DNA of 64,000 nucleotides from Macrostomum lignano (lineage: Eukaryota): assembly GCA_002269645.1 (NCBI GenBank), contig NIVC01000891.1, positions 62,001 to 126,000 on the forward strand, in the 5' to 3' direction. The notes under the pieces are model-generated. The model was not told the origin of the DNA and did no database searches. It saw only the letters and a list, made by a program, of their open reading frames with translations. Position numbers and translations under genes: made by a program. Shown here piece after piece: positions 37,501 through 50,897 of this stretch; the first letter of the stretch is position 1; each line of letters begins with the position of its first letter.

Positions 37501-38514
37501 TGCTAGGCATACATGCGCAACAGTCGGCCGAGTCGGCCGATCCGGCCGACTGATTTGGCGGCCAACCAAGGAAGTCGCAAAAATGCCCACCCGAAAAAAT
37601 AATCAGGTAGTAGTACTAAGTAGCTGACGAGGCATATTGGCTTAATAAGACAGTCATAGTTACTCCTGCCGTTTACCCAAAGTTGCGTTAATTTTGCTTT
37701 AGGGTTTTTTTACATGTAAGTCGCATTTTTGGCCAAAAACTACGTCGCATTTTTGTTAAAACTAAGTCGCATGGCCGACCGAATTTCAGAGGTTGCGCAT
37801 GTATGATGCTAGGATTTTTCTGAAAGTTCCGGAGCTAATATGTTGCATATGAATACACAAAGCCAGAAGCAAATATCTCCAAACATTTGGAGAATTGCAT
37901 GTCCGATGCTGCCATTTGTTGCACAAAGTCGCACAGTAGCGCATGTTGTCTGGGTCGTACAGTCTGTTTACAAATTACGCATGCGTCCATGGTGAAAAAT
38001 TATCAATAACTCAAAAAATAACTTCGCATTGATGCGTCAAAAGTATTATATAGGTTAGTTAGGTTTCGTAGAAAATGAAGAAAAAGAAAATGTATCAATA
38101 TAAATAAGAAAACATACTTAAAACTTGCTTATACTAATTTATTTTAATTCCCTACATAAAAAATACTAAATAAGTGAACCAAAATAAACATAAATAAAAA
38201 AGTCGTTTCGTCTGCTAAAATTCTTTGGCAGACGAAAAGGCGGCAGACGAAATGACTGCAGACCCTAGGCCTATGGCCTATTTATTGAACAAACAAAATT
38301 AGTACTTACCATAAATTATTGCTAAGCTAGTCTCATGTATGAACCGAAATCTCATATGCTTAAACAGCCAAATAGTAAGCAATGACAAAACTAAAAGGCC
38401 AAGATATAGCAATAAAGTAAGGCTATCAGAAATATGATTTGCTTCTACCCTTTCTGCTTGTGACTTCTCAACACTTTTTTCAAGTGTATCACTATCAGTC
38501 AAAACCATTTTCAT
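25558..38514 (-). CDS. SLC9A6/7/9: Organellar Na+/H+ exchanger (NHE6/7/9 class). Exons 38514..38310, 32571..32417, 32313..32119, 31568..31492, 31400..31297, 30739..29917, 29270..29213, (27584..27540 optional), 26879..26719, 26017..25909, 25785..25558; ~700 aa
   Basis: All junctions are GT-AG with matching phases. NHE motifs: [119 protein letters not shown]. Confidence 0.93.
26160..26640. repeat. Degenerate 32-bp G-rich minisatellite in an NHE intron
   Basis: Unit GGGTCTCGGAGGGTCTGGGTTCCGAATGTAGT. Confidence 0.85.
27608..29070. repeat. 44-bp minisatellite, array 1 (~33 copies), intronic
   Basis: Unit GAGGTTCAGATTCCCTACTTGCTGGATCCAGAGGCGTCTCCAAG. Confidence 0.97.
30781..31255. repeat. 45-46 bp minisatellite (~10 copies), intronic
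   Basis: Unit GAGATCTAGGACTGCGGCACAATGAGACTAAAGCAATCTCAGGGGT. Confidence 0.93.
31645..32062. repeat. 44-bp minisatellite, array 2 (~9 copies), same family as 27608-29070
   Basis: Same unit, with variant CTCCGAGG. Confidence 0.95.
34648..35770 (-). mobile_element. Copy 3 of a ~1-kb hairpin-ended (Helitron-like) non-autonomous repeat
   Basis: Hairpin GTGGTAGTGCGTCTATCAC at 34648-34666. Shared blocks GTGGGGCGTAAAAC, AAATTACAGTGGTGGCAGC and GCTACGATTATGACTACCCTCCCC match 43385-43660. Confidence 0.55.
36809..37261. mobile_element. Mutator-like MITE (453 bp) with 9-bp TSD
   Basis: TIR GGCAGTTGTTATTTGTCCAGTGAC at both ends. Direct repeat TTTTTATAA at 36800-36808 and 37262-37270. Confidence 0.85.
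37324..38264. mobile_element. MITE (941 bp) with GG-starting TIRs, subterminal TTTCGTCTGCC repeats and 8-bp TSD
   Basis: Left end GGTTGACGGTCATTTCGTCTGCCGCCTTTTCGTCTGCC versus reverse complement of right end GGTCTGCAGTCATTTCGTCTGCCGCCTTTTCGTCTGCC. TSD CTAGGCCT at 37316-37323 and 38265-38272. Confidence 0.82.
37615..37678 (-). other. 64-nt degenerate 28S rRNA fragment (region of the R2 retrotransposon target site) inside the MITE
   Basis: Minus strand GGGTAAACGGCAGGAGTAACTATGACTGTCTTATTAAGCCAATATGCCTCGTCAGCTACTTAGT versus conserved 28S GGGTAAACGGCGGGAGTAACTATGACTCTCTTAAGGTAGCCAAATGCCTCGTCATCTAATTAGT (recalled). Confidence 0.85.
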
Positions 38515-41500
38515 TTATAAAAATTGGCCAGATTGGCAGATCAGTCTTGTGTTGTGGCTTGGACCTTGTTCCAATTTTAATTAGTTTGAATTGAATCTTT
38601 ATTTTCTAGACTAAAGGCCTGCAGATTAGTATTAGGGGCATAGGCCTACTATTATTAGTGTATTAGATAGTAGGCCGTTACATAGGGGCATAGTGCATAC
38701 TAGGGCCTAACTATACTACAGTACAAAGCCCATTGCTTACCAGCTGAATAATGCCATCTTATAATAGGCCTAGCCTACTCGATCAAAAGGACCTAGGCTA
38801 ACTTTTAGAAAAAAAGTTACAGAAATTTATCAGTAACTTAAATCATTTTGGCCTAGGCATAGTATAGCTATATACTATAATATACTATATACTTAGACTA
38901 TAACAAGCAATGTAGTGGGCCCGATAACTTGGTGAGGTGGGGGTGGAGAAGAAAATAAAATTTTTGAAATTGTAGATTAGGGTTTGTCGTCGGCGGGTAA
39001 ATCTCAAATTGAAATATACGTAAGTTATAAACAAATTTTTTCTTTCAGCATGAATTTAATTGTTAAACCAGAAGTATTTGTACATAAATTTAACTTTTAT
39101 TTATAAAAAACTGATTGAAAAATGTGTCTTTAAACTTTTAGCCAGAGCTTATGCTTTTATCGTGGCGATAGCGACCGAAAACGTATTTTTCTGACTTGTA
39201 CTTTAAGTACGTTTTTTTGTTTCATAACGCTCTTTTGTGTACGTGTACTATTTTTGTCTATGGGACAATGACTGAAAATATAGGGGAAAACCTTTATCCG
39301 TGAGCTTGTGGATATTTTACGGCTGTGTTTTCAATATTTATGAACTTATTTAGCTCTGTCTTAATTGCATGACACTTGTCTACTGTTGAAAAATTCCTGT
39401 AAGGTGTAGGTTTTCTGATAAACAACGCCAAACATTTTGATCTTTAGTGATTAATTCTTTCAGAGACATTTTAAATATTGTTATTTTGTTTTATTTGCGA
39501 CTGTCAATGCATTGTTACTTACTTATGCCTATTGATGTTGCATTTTGACTTTTTTCATGAGCACAAAATTTCCTGTAAGGTGTAAGTTTACTCAGCTCAT
39601 AAGCATGTAAATGTTCCCAAAACTTGTTATTATGTAGAAAAATACTAAACAAAGAGTAGTTTTTTATTGCATGTTCTTGTGATTTTACTAAAGAAGTATA
39701 GACCTTATTAAGTTCATTATATGGGTTTTTACCATTTATAGCCAACTAACATACTTAAGTAAGCAGTTTGTTTATTTTTGTATGAAAATCTTTGATGAAT
39801 TCGCTTGTAATGATATTCAATTTTGATCTTATGTGTATATTTTGAGCTCTAATGTTTGGTAATCCATAGAAATATTCTAATTTGTTTTTGCCAATGTATT
39901 TAATATATTCCTCTAATGTTATCATATTTGAATGCCTATTTGGGCTAGCAAAAGACAATAGGTATGGCAGGAACAGGAACCCTTAGAAACAGATTGCATG
40001 GTTAGGAGAAAGCAAAAAGAATCCTGGTATTGCATACTTTTATTGTATTTAATGACACCTTAGAAAGCCTTTTTACTCATAATTAGGAAGCACAATCTAT
40101 CTACTTCTATTTGTATTTATATCTCAATATCTGTGTGTAGCAGTATATGTTTACCTTGCAATTTGAATGCCATATCTATTATTTCTATTTAGTCATTTTC
40201 AATTGTACTCTGCTATCTTGGTATTCATTTACAAAAATACAAAGTGAGAGTCTATCTGTCTATTTGTAAATTTTGGCAATTTTCAATGTAGACATTCCTA
40301 AAATTACTACAGTTATTTTCTTTAAATTGATACCAGATAACATTAAGATGATAATACCTCATTCTTATATGGTTTCTATTTTCTACAATACACAAATTTA
40401 CTTCAAAATTCATTTCTTGTCTGGAATAAAAGTGGATATTGCATGATAATAGAATATATTTATATGTATCTCTATAGTACAGTGCAAGAAGGGAGTGTTG
40501 GCCATGGTGGCATAGCAGTCATGAGGGTAGAAAGAATTGCTGGGCTGGGCCAATGCCAAATGCCACACATGCACATTTTTTCACATGTGCACTGTGTAGT
40601 TACAGTGTTGGGCATAAAAACTAACACATCTATGTAAGAGTTTGAAATCCTATATACTGTATTTGTACTGTCAGTTGCATCTTATCCTGGCCTGTACATC
40701 TGTTGCTTTCTCTTAGCATACTGTATTACCTTTCTCTCAGCATATATATATGTTTTAGTTCCCAGTTTAACATTTGCCATTTGCCATTTACATTTTTCTT
40801 AGTTTTCAGTGCCATATCTGCTTTGTATAGTATTTTTCAGTCTGTAAGTTTTCTGTTTTTTTCTTTTTGCCAGTATCTTTTTGGCTTTTATTTACTGTTG
40901 TACATTTTCCCAGTGCGAGTAACTGTACGCTTTTAATTTCATTGCATTTTTATGGTCTGCACTTCTTTATATAAGTCCAGTGCAGTTCAAGTATCTGTTT
41001 CAGTCTGTTTTTTCTTGCACATTTTAAAGAAGAAATGGGAAATATACATGCAATTTTTTGTTTTGCTTTAATTTACAAACCAACATCTACATTCTACAGA
41101 CGATATATTTGATCAGTGATGGAAACCTTAGTCAAAACTTCAAAAGTAAAATGTATAAGTATATTTTTTAACTTCTAGCTTTTTAGCAGTATGAGAGAAC
41201 AGCAGCTTCGAGTTCTTTGTCAAGAAATTAAGGGAAAGTATTGGTGTTATTTTTGTGGTATGGCTTGCAATTTGATAGTTGCAAAAGTTGATTCAGTTGA
41301 ATTAAAGAGACAAACGTGTAATTTAAAGAAAATTCAATACATTTACTTAATTAAAATATGTTCAAGTTGAATACTAGATCCATGATCCATCGGTGTCAGT
41401 CTGAATATTACAGAATTTGTAGGTTTCGCCATATTAAATTTTAGTAAAGATAAATAACCCAATTGGCATCGTTTCATTGCCATCAATAATAAACTCCGTT

Positions 41501-41929
41501 CGTTATCAGTCCGTCAACGGGATATGTTGTCGATATATATATAAAAAATGGTTTAGGTACCGTATATTCCGTTTATATTAAATCAGGCAGATTCTTAGCA
41601 CGTTAAATTAAGTAACTATAAACAGCCTCAATTTATAACAAAATGTTGCTTAAAAACAAAGAATATTTTGTGTATACTACAAACCAATAGAAATTTAACT
41701 CTAAAAAAACAAAAACTACAATTTTGTATGTTAAATGAACAAACTGTTTATCTTCGGTATTAATCGTTGTCAGAATACCCTTCGAAAAAACAAACAGCTT
41801 TCTTTCTTGAAATTCAGGCCTACTTGTGGTTTTAAGTAGAAAAATTATTATATTATTGTTTAATCTTCAGAGGTAAAGCATTATTTTGCATGCCACAGAA
41901 CTTTTATTTTTTGTCAATTTTTTTACTTC

Positions 41930-43730
41930 TGTGTTTGAGATTTACCCCGGCACGTAAAGCCGGAAAATTGTACAAATTGATGCGTTGATTCTTCTCCTTG
42001 GTTACTCCGTCTGCCGGGTCCTCAATTCCGGGGGGAGGGTAGTCGTAATCGTAGTCGAGCAGTCTAGTAGCGGCCCGAGTCGTTCAGAATGGGTCCTCAG
42101 ACACCGTAAACTCGTAATTCGTCGAGATTGCTAGTTGTGTTACTATCAGTAGTAAAGTAGCGCTGCCACCACCGTAAATGTCGTTTTACGGAACGTTGAG
42201 GGTCTCAGAGCTTTCTTTGAGTTGAGACTGACTGGTTATTTTACGCCCCGCGGGCAAATGACTCAATAGAAAACTAAAGGCTTCGATTCTGAACAACTGA
42301 ATGGATATTATTAATATTTGCGAACTTATTATTATTATTTCGTTATTATTATTATTATCGTTAATTATTATAGCTACGCGAGATAATTGAGCAGAGACCA
42401 GAAACAAAGAACAAAACAAGCTAACCAACAACCAACAGGAGGGGGGGATAGAAAAAGAATAAACTAAAAAGAAAAAAGTAGAAGTAAAACGCAATGATTT
42501 TTATACACAAATATTACATAGATCCAATTGGGGGAACACCGAGAGGAACACTGGGGGGAAAAAGGCAAACCCCGGAAGGAACACAGCAAAACAAAGCGGG
42601 ACCAAGGGAAGAGGCAACTATTGGACCAAAGGTGGGGGCAACGAAAGGAAAGCGCACAGTTCATCCGGGGGAGCAGAAGTGACGTCAAAATTATCCCACC
42701 GGGTGGAGGCGCTTCGCGCGTCGCCAACCGTTGCAGGAGCCCCAGTGGTAGACCGGCCTACCACATTGGCCTAGGTCTAGTTTCTCCTGTTATGTAATTG
42801 TGGTAGGGCGATCTACCACGGTTCAAGGATTTCGTCATTTGGTGACATAGCGGTGACTCTCCTTTCTCGCGTCACTCAGTGCGCCGCCCGTTGCCCCATC
42901 CCTCGCCCCATTGTTTGCCGTTGCGCTATTTTGTTTTAATTCTCCGCTGCGTTATTTGGTGTCGTCCGACACCCCATCGTTTGCCCCATCCTCCGCCCCA
43001 TCCTTCGCCTTTCCGTCCCATCTGTTGCCCCATCAGCTGTCCGGTCGACTCAGTTTTTTTATTTAAAAGGCCTTTTGGGCCGCCTTTTGTTTAGTTTTCT
43101 CTCCTCCCCTTTCCTCCCCTTTCCTGTTGTTCCTGATTGTTTAGTTGTTTGTTCCTCTGACCTTAAGCTAGTTGTTCGTTTTGCGTAGTGATTGTCTTCT
43201 AATAAATTAGTTAGCCTTGTTTTTGTGTGAGTTGTTTTAGCACCCGGCACCGGACGCGTTTTATCTCCGTAGAACTTTAATAGTTAACATTAATAATTAC
43301 CGCCTGCTCAAATAATAATTATTATCAACAGTGCTTAATAAGTTGTTCATTAATCGAAGCCCTAACAGTTTATCTTGAGTTATTTGCCCGTGGGGCGTTA
43401 AACAACCGAATTAATCTCATCTCCGAACGAGCTCTGAGATCTCAACGTTCCGTAATACGAAATTACGGTGGTGGCAGCGCTACTCTACTAATATATGTAA
43501 TCAGTTCAGCAACTCAGAAACAAATTTACGGTGTCTAGACCATTGAGTCTACAAACTGAACGACCGTGCCGCTCTGCGACCGCTCCGCTACGATTACGAC
43601 TACCCTCCCCCCAGACTTGAGAACCCGGCTGTCGGAGTAAAAGGAGAAGAAATTCGTTGTGATTCGTCTGCGCGATTTTTTGGCTACATTCGTGCGAACG
43701 CCACGCCGGCAAAAAATTTTCAAAACACCC
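41930..43730. mobile_element. Two diverged copies of the hairpin-ended repeat arranged tail-to-tail, forming an old ~1.8-kb palindrome
   Basis: 42000-42290 is the reverse complement of 43370-43670 (GACTACCCTCCCC, GGTGGTGGCAGCGCTACT, GAGTxATTTGCCCGxGGGGCGT). Twin hairpins GTGGTAG-N6-CTACCAC at 42745-42764 and 42800-42819; CTAG at 42771. Confidence 0.65.
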
Positions 43731-45244
43731 TTATTCCAAGAAAATTCTTCTCCACCCCCACCTCATAATGTATCTTTAGATATTTTAAAAGTAATCATAT
43801 TTTGTACTTATTTCAAATTGTGCATGTATTGTTTGTGTTTGTATTCTATTTATATTTTACTGGACTTTTTACTGTATGTATTATGTTTATTTTGCTGGAC
43901 AGTTTGAAATGAAGCTTGTTTTAATGACTAATAATTAACGAATATAAATATGAATCATCGTTTTTTTAAGAGTGAACGCCGCTCTGATTTGGCACTCTGG
44001 TCTCGACTGACGATTCAAATATTCAAATGGGACTTCTCGGCAACTAATTCATTACAAGTAAGTAAGTTAACCTAGGCCAAGTATGTAATTACGTCTTTTC
44101 AAGCATTAAGCTTGTAAAGTACTGTTTTTAATAAATAAAATATATAAACTGCCTTAATAATATGTAAAGCTTTTTACCAATTTAGACGAAGTTTTATACA
44201 AAACATTTCAGACACAACTTTGTTAAGCTAACTGCTCACAGTTGACGCGTTTTCTGTCGACAATTGTTTAATTCATGTTTTCCTAGAAAAGTTCAATATT
44301 AAAAAAATGGTAACGGATCCTCCTTTCAGAGAAATTTACTGCTTTCCTGCATTAACTTGTTCAAAAATAAGACTTTTTACTTTTCGACATCATCCGGCCC
44401 CAACAAGAGTTTAGTTAATTGAGTAGATCCGGAATTTGAGAAATCAGTTTTACATGTATCCCATATGCATGCACTGTACTCAAAGCAATCAGGAATTTTC
44501 TACAAGAGTACATGTATTTCACAGACAACGTTACTATAACATGTATCACAGTTCTGAAAAAATAATGTCTTTTTATAAAAACCCATGCAGACGCGTAGCG
44601 TACTTTATAGGGTTCCGTCGTACATGTGATGAGGACGCACTTTTTTCCAAATCCCGCGCTAGCACATGGGCTCTAAACTTATTAGCCTACTAACAGTGGG
44701 CAATGGGCATTTTTATCCCTTTTCTGCGAATAGTCATATAATCTATACTAGATATAATGTTTGGTCATACTAGTAGTAAGTCATAATAACATAGGCGCAG
44801 ATTTTTGGGTCATAAATCATCGCTTTCGAAGCTGGTCTGACAGCCACCTGCGCCTCACTCAGTGTTGAGGCGGGCGCCAGATGGTCTGAGGGGATGCGAA
44901 TGATAGCTTTTTTCCTCATCATTTTGACAGGCCATCAAGATTTATGAGGTCAGGGCCTATTGTTCGTGGTCACTCAAGCGGTGACAGCTCTGACAGCTAT
45001 GCGTTTTACCCCTAAAAGTACTTTGGGATTAGCAATTAGCGATTTCTCTTCATTATCTTCACTTTCTATTTAATAAGAGCTTTCTAATGTATTTTTTTCA
45101 TTATTTTTTGTCAATTCTACGCGAAAAGTCATAAATCATTTTGTTGCGGTTTGATTGATTTATGGCCGCACCTGTCATGTTTTTACGACCCCGAGGGAAC
45201 TGATAGGATCTCCCGGTCACGTGATTCTGGGTAGCAACAAGCTT

Positions 45245-45348
45245 AGCCAATCAGAAAATTCGATGCTCATTTTAACAAATCGGCTCAGCCAATCAGAATC
45301 GACGTGTCCCATTATAACAAACTGCGGTCCAGTTGGAGGCTATTTAAA
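45245..45348 (+). promoter_or_regulatory. Tandem CCAAT boxes plus TATA-like box (Pol II or LTR-U3-like promoter) with no identified downstream gene
   Basis: AGCCAATCAG at 45245-45254 and 45287-45296; TATTTAAA at 45341-45348. Confidence 0.45.
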
Positions 45349-47626
45349 CCGGTGTTTTTGGCCCGCTCGGACTGCATTCCGGGTGCTACCCCTGCAAACC
45401 TTCTTGCGACCGGGTGCTACCCTTGGCTCCACCGGCCAGGAATTGACCGTCGTTTCTTGATCCCCGGATTGCGACTTCCCCCGCCCCCATCATCATCAAA
45501 GACGAATCCCCCCGGTCATCAGCAGTGAACATCAAAGTGAAGAGCATCACCTGCTAGCTATCAGCGAAGATTGTGACATCAGCATCATCCCGGGCCTACA
45601 GCTGCGAAGCATCGAGCCGATTCGGTCACTGTGGATTACCTGGTCTCCGGCTGATGAGTTTCGGATTGGTTGGGTGAGAGGCTGCCTAGACTTGCTTGAT
45701 TGGGTGATTCCCTATCTGTCCCCTGTTTCAGTAGCTGAATTAGGCGCACACTTTTGCTCATTTCGTTCAGTAGTGCTGTAATCGAGGCAGAAGTCATTCA
45801 ATAATATACTGCTAGTAGTCTAAAACTCCAATTCAATCTGAAGTGTGAAGTGATCTAAGGAGAAGGTTAAATCTAACAGTTATTTTTATCGGTTTTATTT
45901 CTTTGTTCGCCGATGGCTCAGATGAATAGCTAAGCTAGTAGGCGCCGGTTACAGTGGACCAATGGCAAGGCAGTTCTCAGTCGATCAATCTATCAAATCA
46001 GTTAGCGAAATTGCCAATAGTGCAGAATCGGCTCCAGAGATGTACTCTGTGCACTCTAGGTTAGCCAAGCGGCTCGGGTGATGAATCATGCGGTCTCTGA
46101 TGTTCGAGTTAGTCTATCATCAGCGCTAGGAGAGGCTGGTTGGCGCGTTAAAGGCCAAAAGTACAATTCTTCGTATTTAGCAATGTAATAGTACATGTAG
46201 CTCTACCCCATAGTCTCGCCACTGCAAGAATCCCCTGCACAAGTCCCCTCTGTACCTGCATGGCCAATGCGATCTAGTCCCAGCAGTGTCCCTTAACATC
46301 GGCTATGACTTCGAGATTGACAGCAAAAAGACACTAGTTCGCAGGTAAGTGCTAAGCCCCCTTCTAGTCGGAAGCCCGATTTCGAGAGTCCCGGTGTGGT
46401 GAGCCAGGACGCACGGGCTGATGGCAGCGAGTTAGCTAATCTGCGGATTAACTAATTTCTACCTTCAAAATTCTCCCCGCTTGTCTCTCGCTTTCCTGCT
46501 CGCCACACGATCAAGCTACCCTGGGGCTGACCATCTGACAGGAGTGGGGGGCCAGGACTCTAATTGATTTATTTCTGAGACCTGAGGCCCGAAGGCTTCC
46601 CCACAAGGGGGCCGAAAGGCCGAAACCCGGCCCCATCACATGTACAATGATAACTAGCTGATAACAATTGGTAACAAGGACAACTTTAGCTAAAGCAACG
46701 TATTTACAGGACGCGACACTCACATTTGCTAGTCCTATACCTAAAAACCATTAAAATTGCACGGCTTAGCTCATTGTTTTTATGAATCTATTTTGCCATT
46801 CTTTAGCGATCGACTGCAGTGTAACAATATGTGTAAGCAGAGATGATAAAATAGATTCATAAAACCATGCAAAAATTTGAGCTGTGCCATGCATCTTTAT
46901 GATTTTTTGGTACAGGGAAATGTTGCTGTCGGATCCCGCTATTAGCCCGCAGTCGGTGCAGAATCATTGATGAAGATCCAATCTCTCCAAGTCGGATATG
47001 GGAAATAGGGATTTAATTTGTAGCGCTGATTTGCACTCACTGCATCCACTCACTGCTTTAGCATCCGACCAGAGCGGAGATAGAAATAAAATTATTAAGC
47101 TCAGCTTGGAAGAGGTTAAACGTCGCATATAGCGGCTCTGAAAACTTATCCGAATAATTTCACATTTTCATGTGTCTTTCTCCTATTGCCAAAGTTTCGA
47201 GTGCACGATTGTACTTTACAATTCTGACAGCTAAGGCCGGCGGCTATAGGGGAGAGGATTCAGAGACGAGAGACTGAGAGCTGAGCTCAACCTTGTAGAG
47301 TACACACGGAGTTGCCATGGCTGAGCAAGAGAATAACACTCTCTGGCCTGCACTTAGCAGAGGCGCTCTGCTCACCATTTCTCTTCATTGCTCACGCATG
47401 CATGAGGCAGAGAAGAAATTGCATGTACAGCTCAATACGCAGTCCTCTCTCTCCCCTCCCTAGTCTAGGAGTGTCTACTGTGTACCCGCTTTTTGCTTTT
47501 TTTTACCTTCCAACGGTGATAAAAAGCCGAACCACTAAAGGCGTCAGCATCCAAATTAGGCACACTCGTAAAACAGGCAAAAAGCTGTCTGTAATCCTGC
47601 TGTCTGCAATCCACACCGATCAAGCA

Positions 47627-49178
<1,552 letters not shown>

Positions 49179-50589
49179 TGAGTGACCTAAGAAGAGGGGT
49201 CATGTCCCAATACTCAGTGACCTGGGAAGAGGGGTCGTGTCCCAATACTCAGTGAACTGGGAAGAGGGGTCATGTCCCAATACTCAGTGACCTGGGAAGA
49301 GGGGTCATGTCCCAATACTCAGTGACCTGGGAAGAGGGGTCATGTCCCAATACTCAGTGACCTGGGAAGAGGGGTCATGTCCCAATACTCAGTGACCTGG
49401 GAAGAGGGGTCATGTCCCAATACTCAGTGACCTGGGAAGAGGGGTCATGTCCCATTAATGAGTGACCTAAGAAGAGGGGTCATGTCCCAATACTCAGTGA
49501 CCTGGGAAGAGGGGTCATGTCCCAATACTCAGTGACCTGGGAAGAGGGGTCATGTCCCAATACTCAGTGACCTGGGAAGAGGGGTCATGTCCCAATACTC
49601 AGTGACCTGGGAAGAGGGGTCATGTCCCAATACTCAGTGACCTGGGAAGAGGGGTCATGTCCCATTAATGAGTGACCTGGGAAGAGGGGTCATGTCCCAT
49701 TAATGAGTGACCTGGGAAGAGGCTCTTTACTTTCATTAGATTTCGCTAATTGCAAACAATAATTGATGTTTTTAAAGCCAAAAACAATTGTATAAAAAAT
49801 TAATGCATGACATTTTTGCAAATCACGATTGCGCCAAGAGTTTTTAGACAAGCGAATATGAGAAAACCATGAATCAGTAGGGTTAGAGCACTTTAATAGT
49901 TCTTTTTCAGCACCAAAGATAACAAAATAGCAAATTCCCTTGTTCAAGCAAACTAAAGTAAGTTTTTTTCAATTGCAGTGCTTTTTCAGCCTCATCCAAG
50001 GACATACAAGTATACTGACTAATTAAAATCTATCTGAAGCACAGAAGCACAGTTTTGATTTCGCGTTATAACAAAATATTATAGATTTTCCTTATCGCTT
50101 TAAATGCTTGTAAAAATATACTTGAGTTCATAGGGAAGAGTTTTAATAACTGCTTTTCCCCTTTGAACTGAGATTTGCTGGTGTTCTGCTACGTTTTCAC
50201 AGCTATATGCGTGGTAGTATTGATTCAGTCACTTTCGAGTATTGGGTACTGAGCAGTCCAACCCAGGGGGTATCGATCGTACCGAGGACTTAAAATGTTT
50301 TCTTCTCCACGGGAAAATCACTCTTTGAAGTTGATTTCCTGCCCTCTCTATTGGTAAGAAAATCGCGAATATTACTTTTAAAGTTTCAATCCCGTCTACG
50401 TCCAAGCTTTGCAGTTTAGTTGAGATTTTTTAATCATAATTACTCGTCTAATACTAGTAAAAACTTGATAAAAACGAGAGTACTGAGTACCGAGTACGAA
50501 AAACCGAGTATCCCTAGCACCGAGTACTCGCCCAGCTCTGGTTGCAATGTCTTTGGCTTCAAGGTACTTCGCTACTACTAGCTCGTACT

Positions 50590-50897
50590 ACTAATAATAA
50601 TAATTGATTACAACTGCCCCAATTGGGCCAGATGTGCAACCGACAGCTCAGCCGCAGCTATTGCGCGGCGCATCTGAAGGCTGCGTACGGCTGTTCAGTC
50701 TAAGGACTGGGGGGTCGCCACACGCACCCTCAGTTACCCCAGCTAATGCTGGTACCTATTTTACAGCTGAGTGAACTGAAGCAGTGCAGAGTTAGGTGTC
50801 TTGCTCAAGAACACAAATTGTTCCAGTGGGATCGGGAATCGAACCCCCGATCTTCAAGGCGTGAGTCAGACGCTCTAACCAGTAGCTACAATCCCCC
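50590..50897 (-). mobile_element. tRNA-derived SINE with conserved central domain and (TTA)n tail
   Basis: Minus strand head GGGGATTGTAGCTACTGGTTAGAGCG (A box) and GGGTTCGATTCCC (B box), then GTGTTCTTGAGCAAGACACCTAACTC..CTCAGCTGTAAAATAGGTACC as in invertebrate SINE cores, then TTATTATTATTAG. Confidence 0.8.

Noticed and set aside
37615-37678. Functional rRNA gene
   Set aside because: Only 64 nt, with substitutions in invariant positions and no flanking rDNA homology.
45640-45690. Hammerhead ribozyme (CTGATGAG core)
   Set aside because: No stem II followed by GAAA and no stem I/III pairing could be built.
50820-50897. tRNA gene
   Set aside because: A and B boxes are present, but there is no convincing cloverleaf and it continues into a SINE body and tail.
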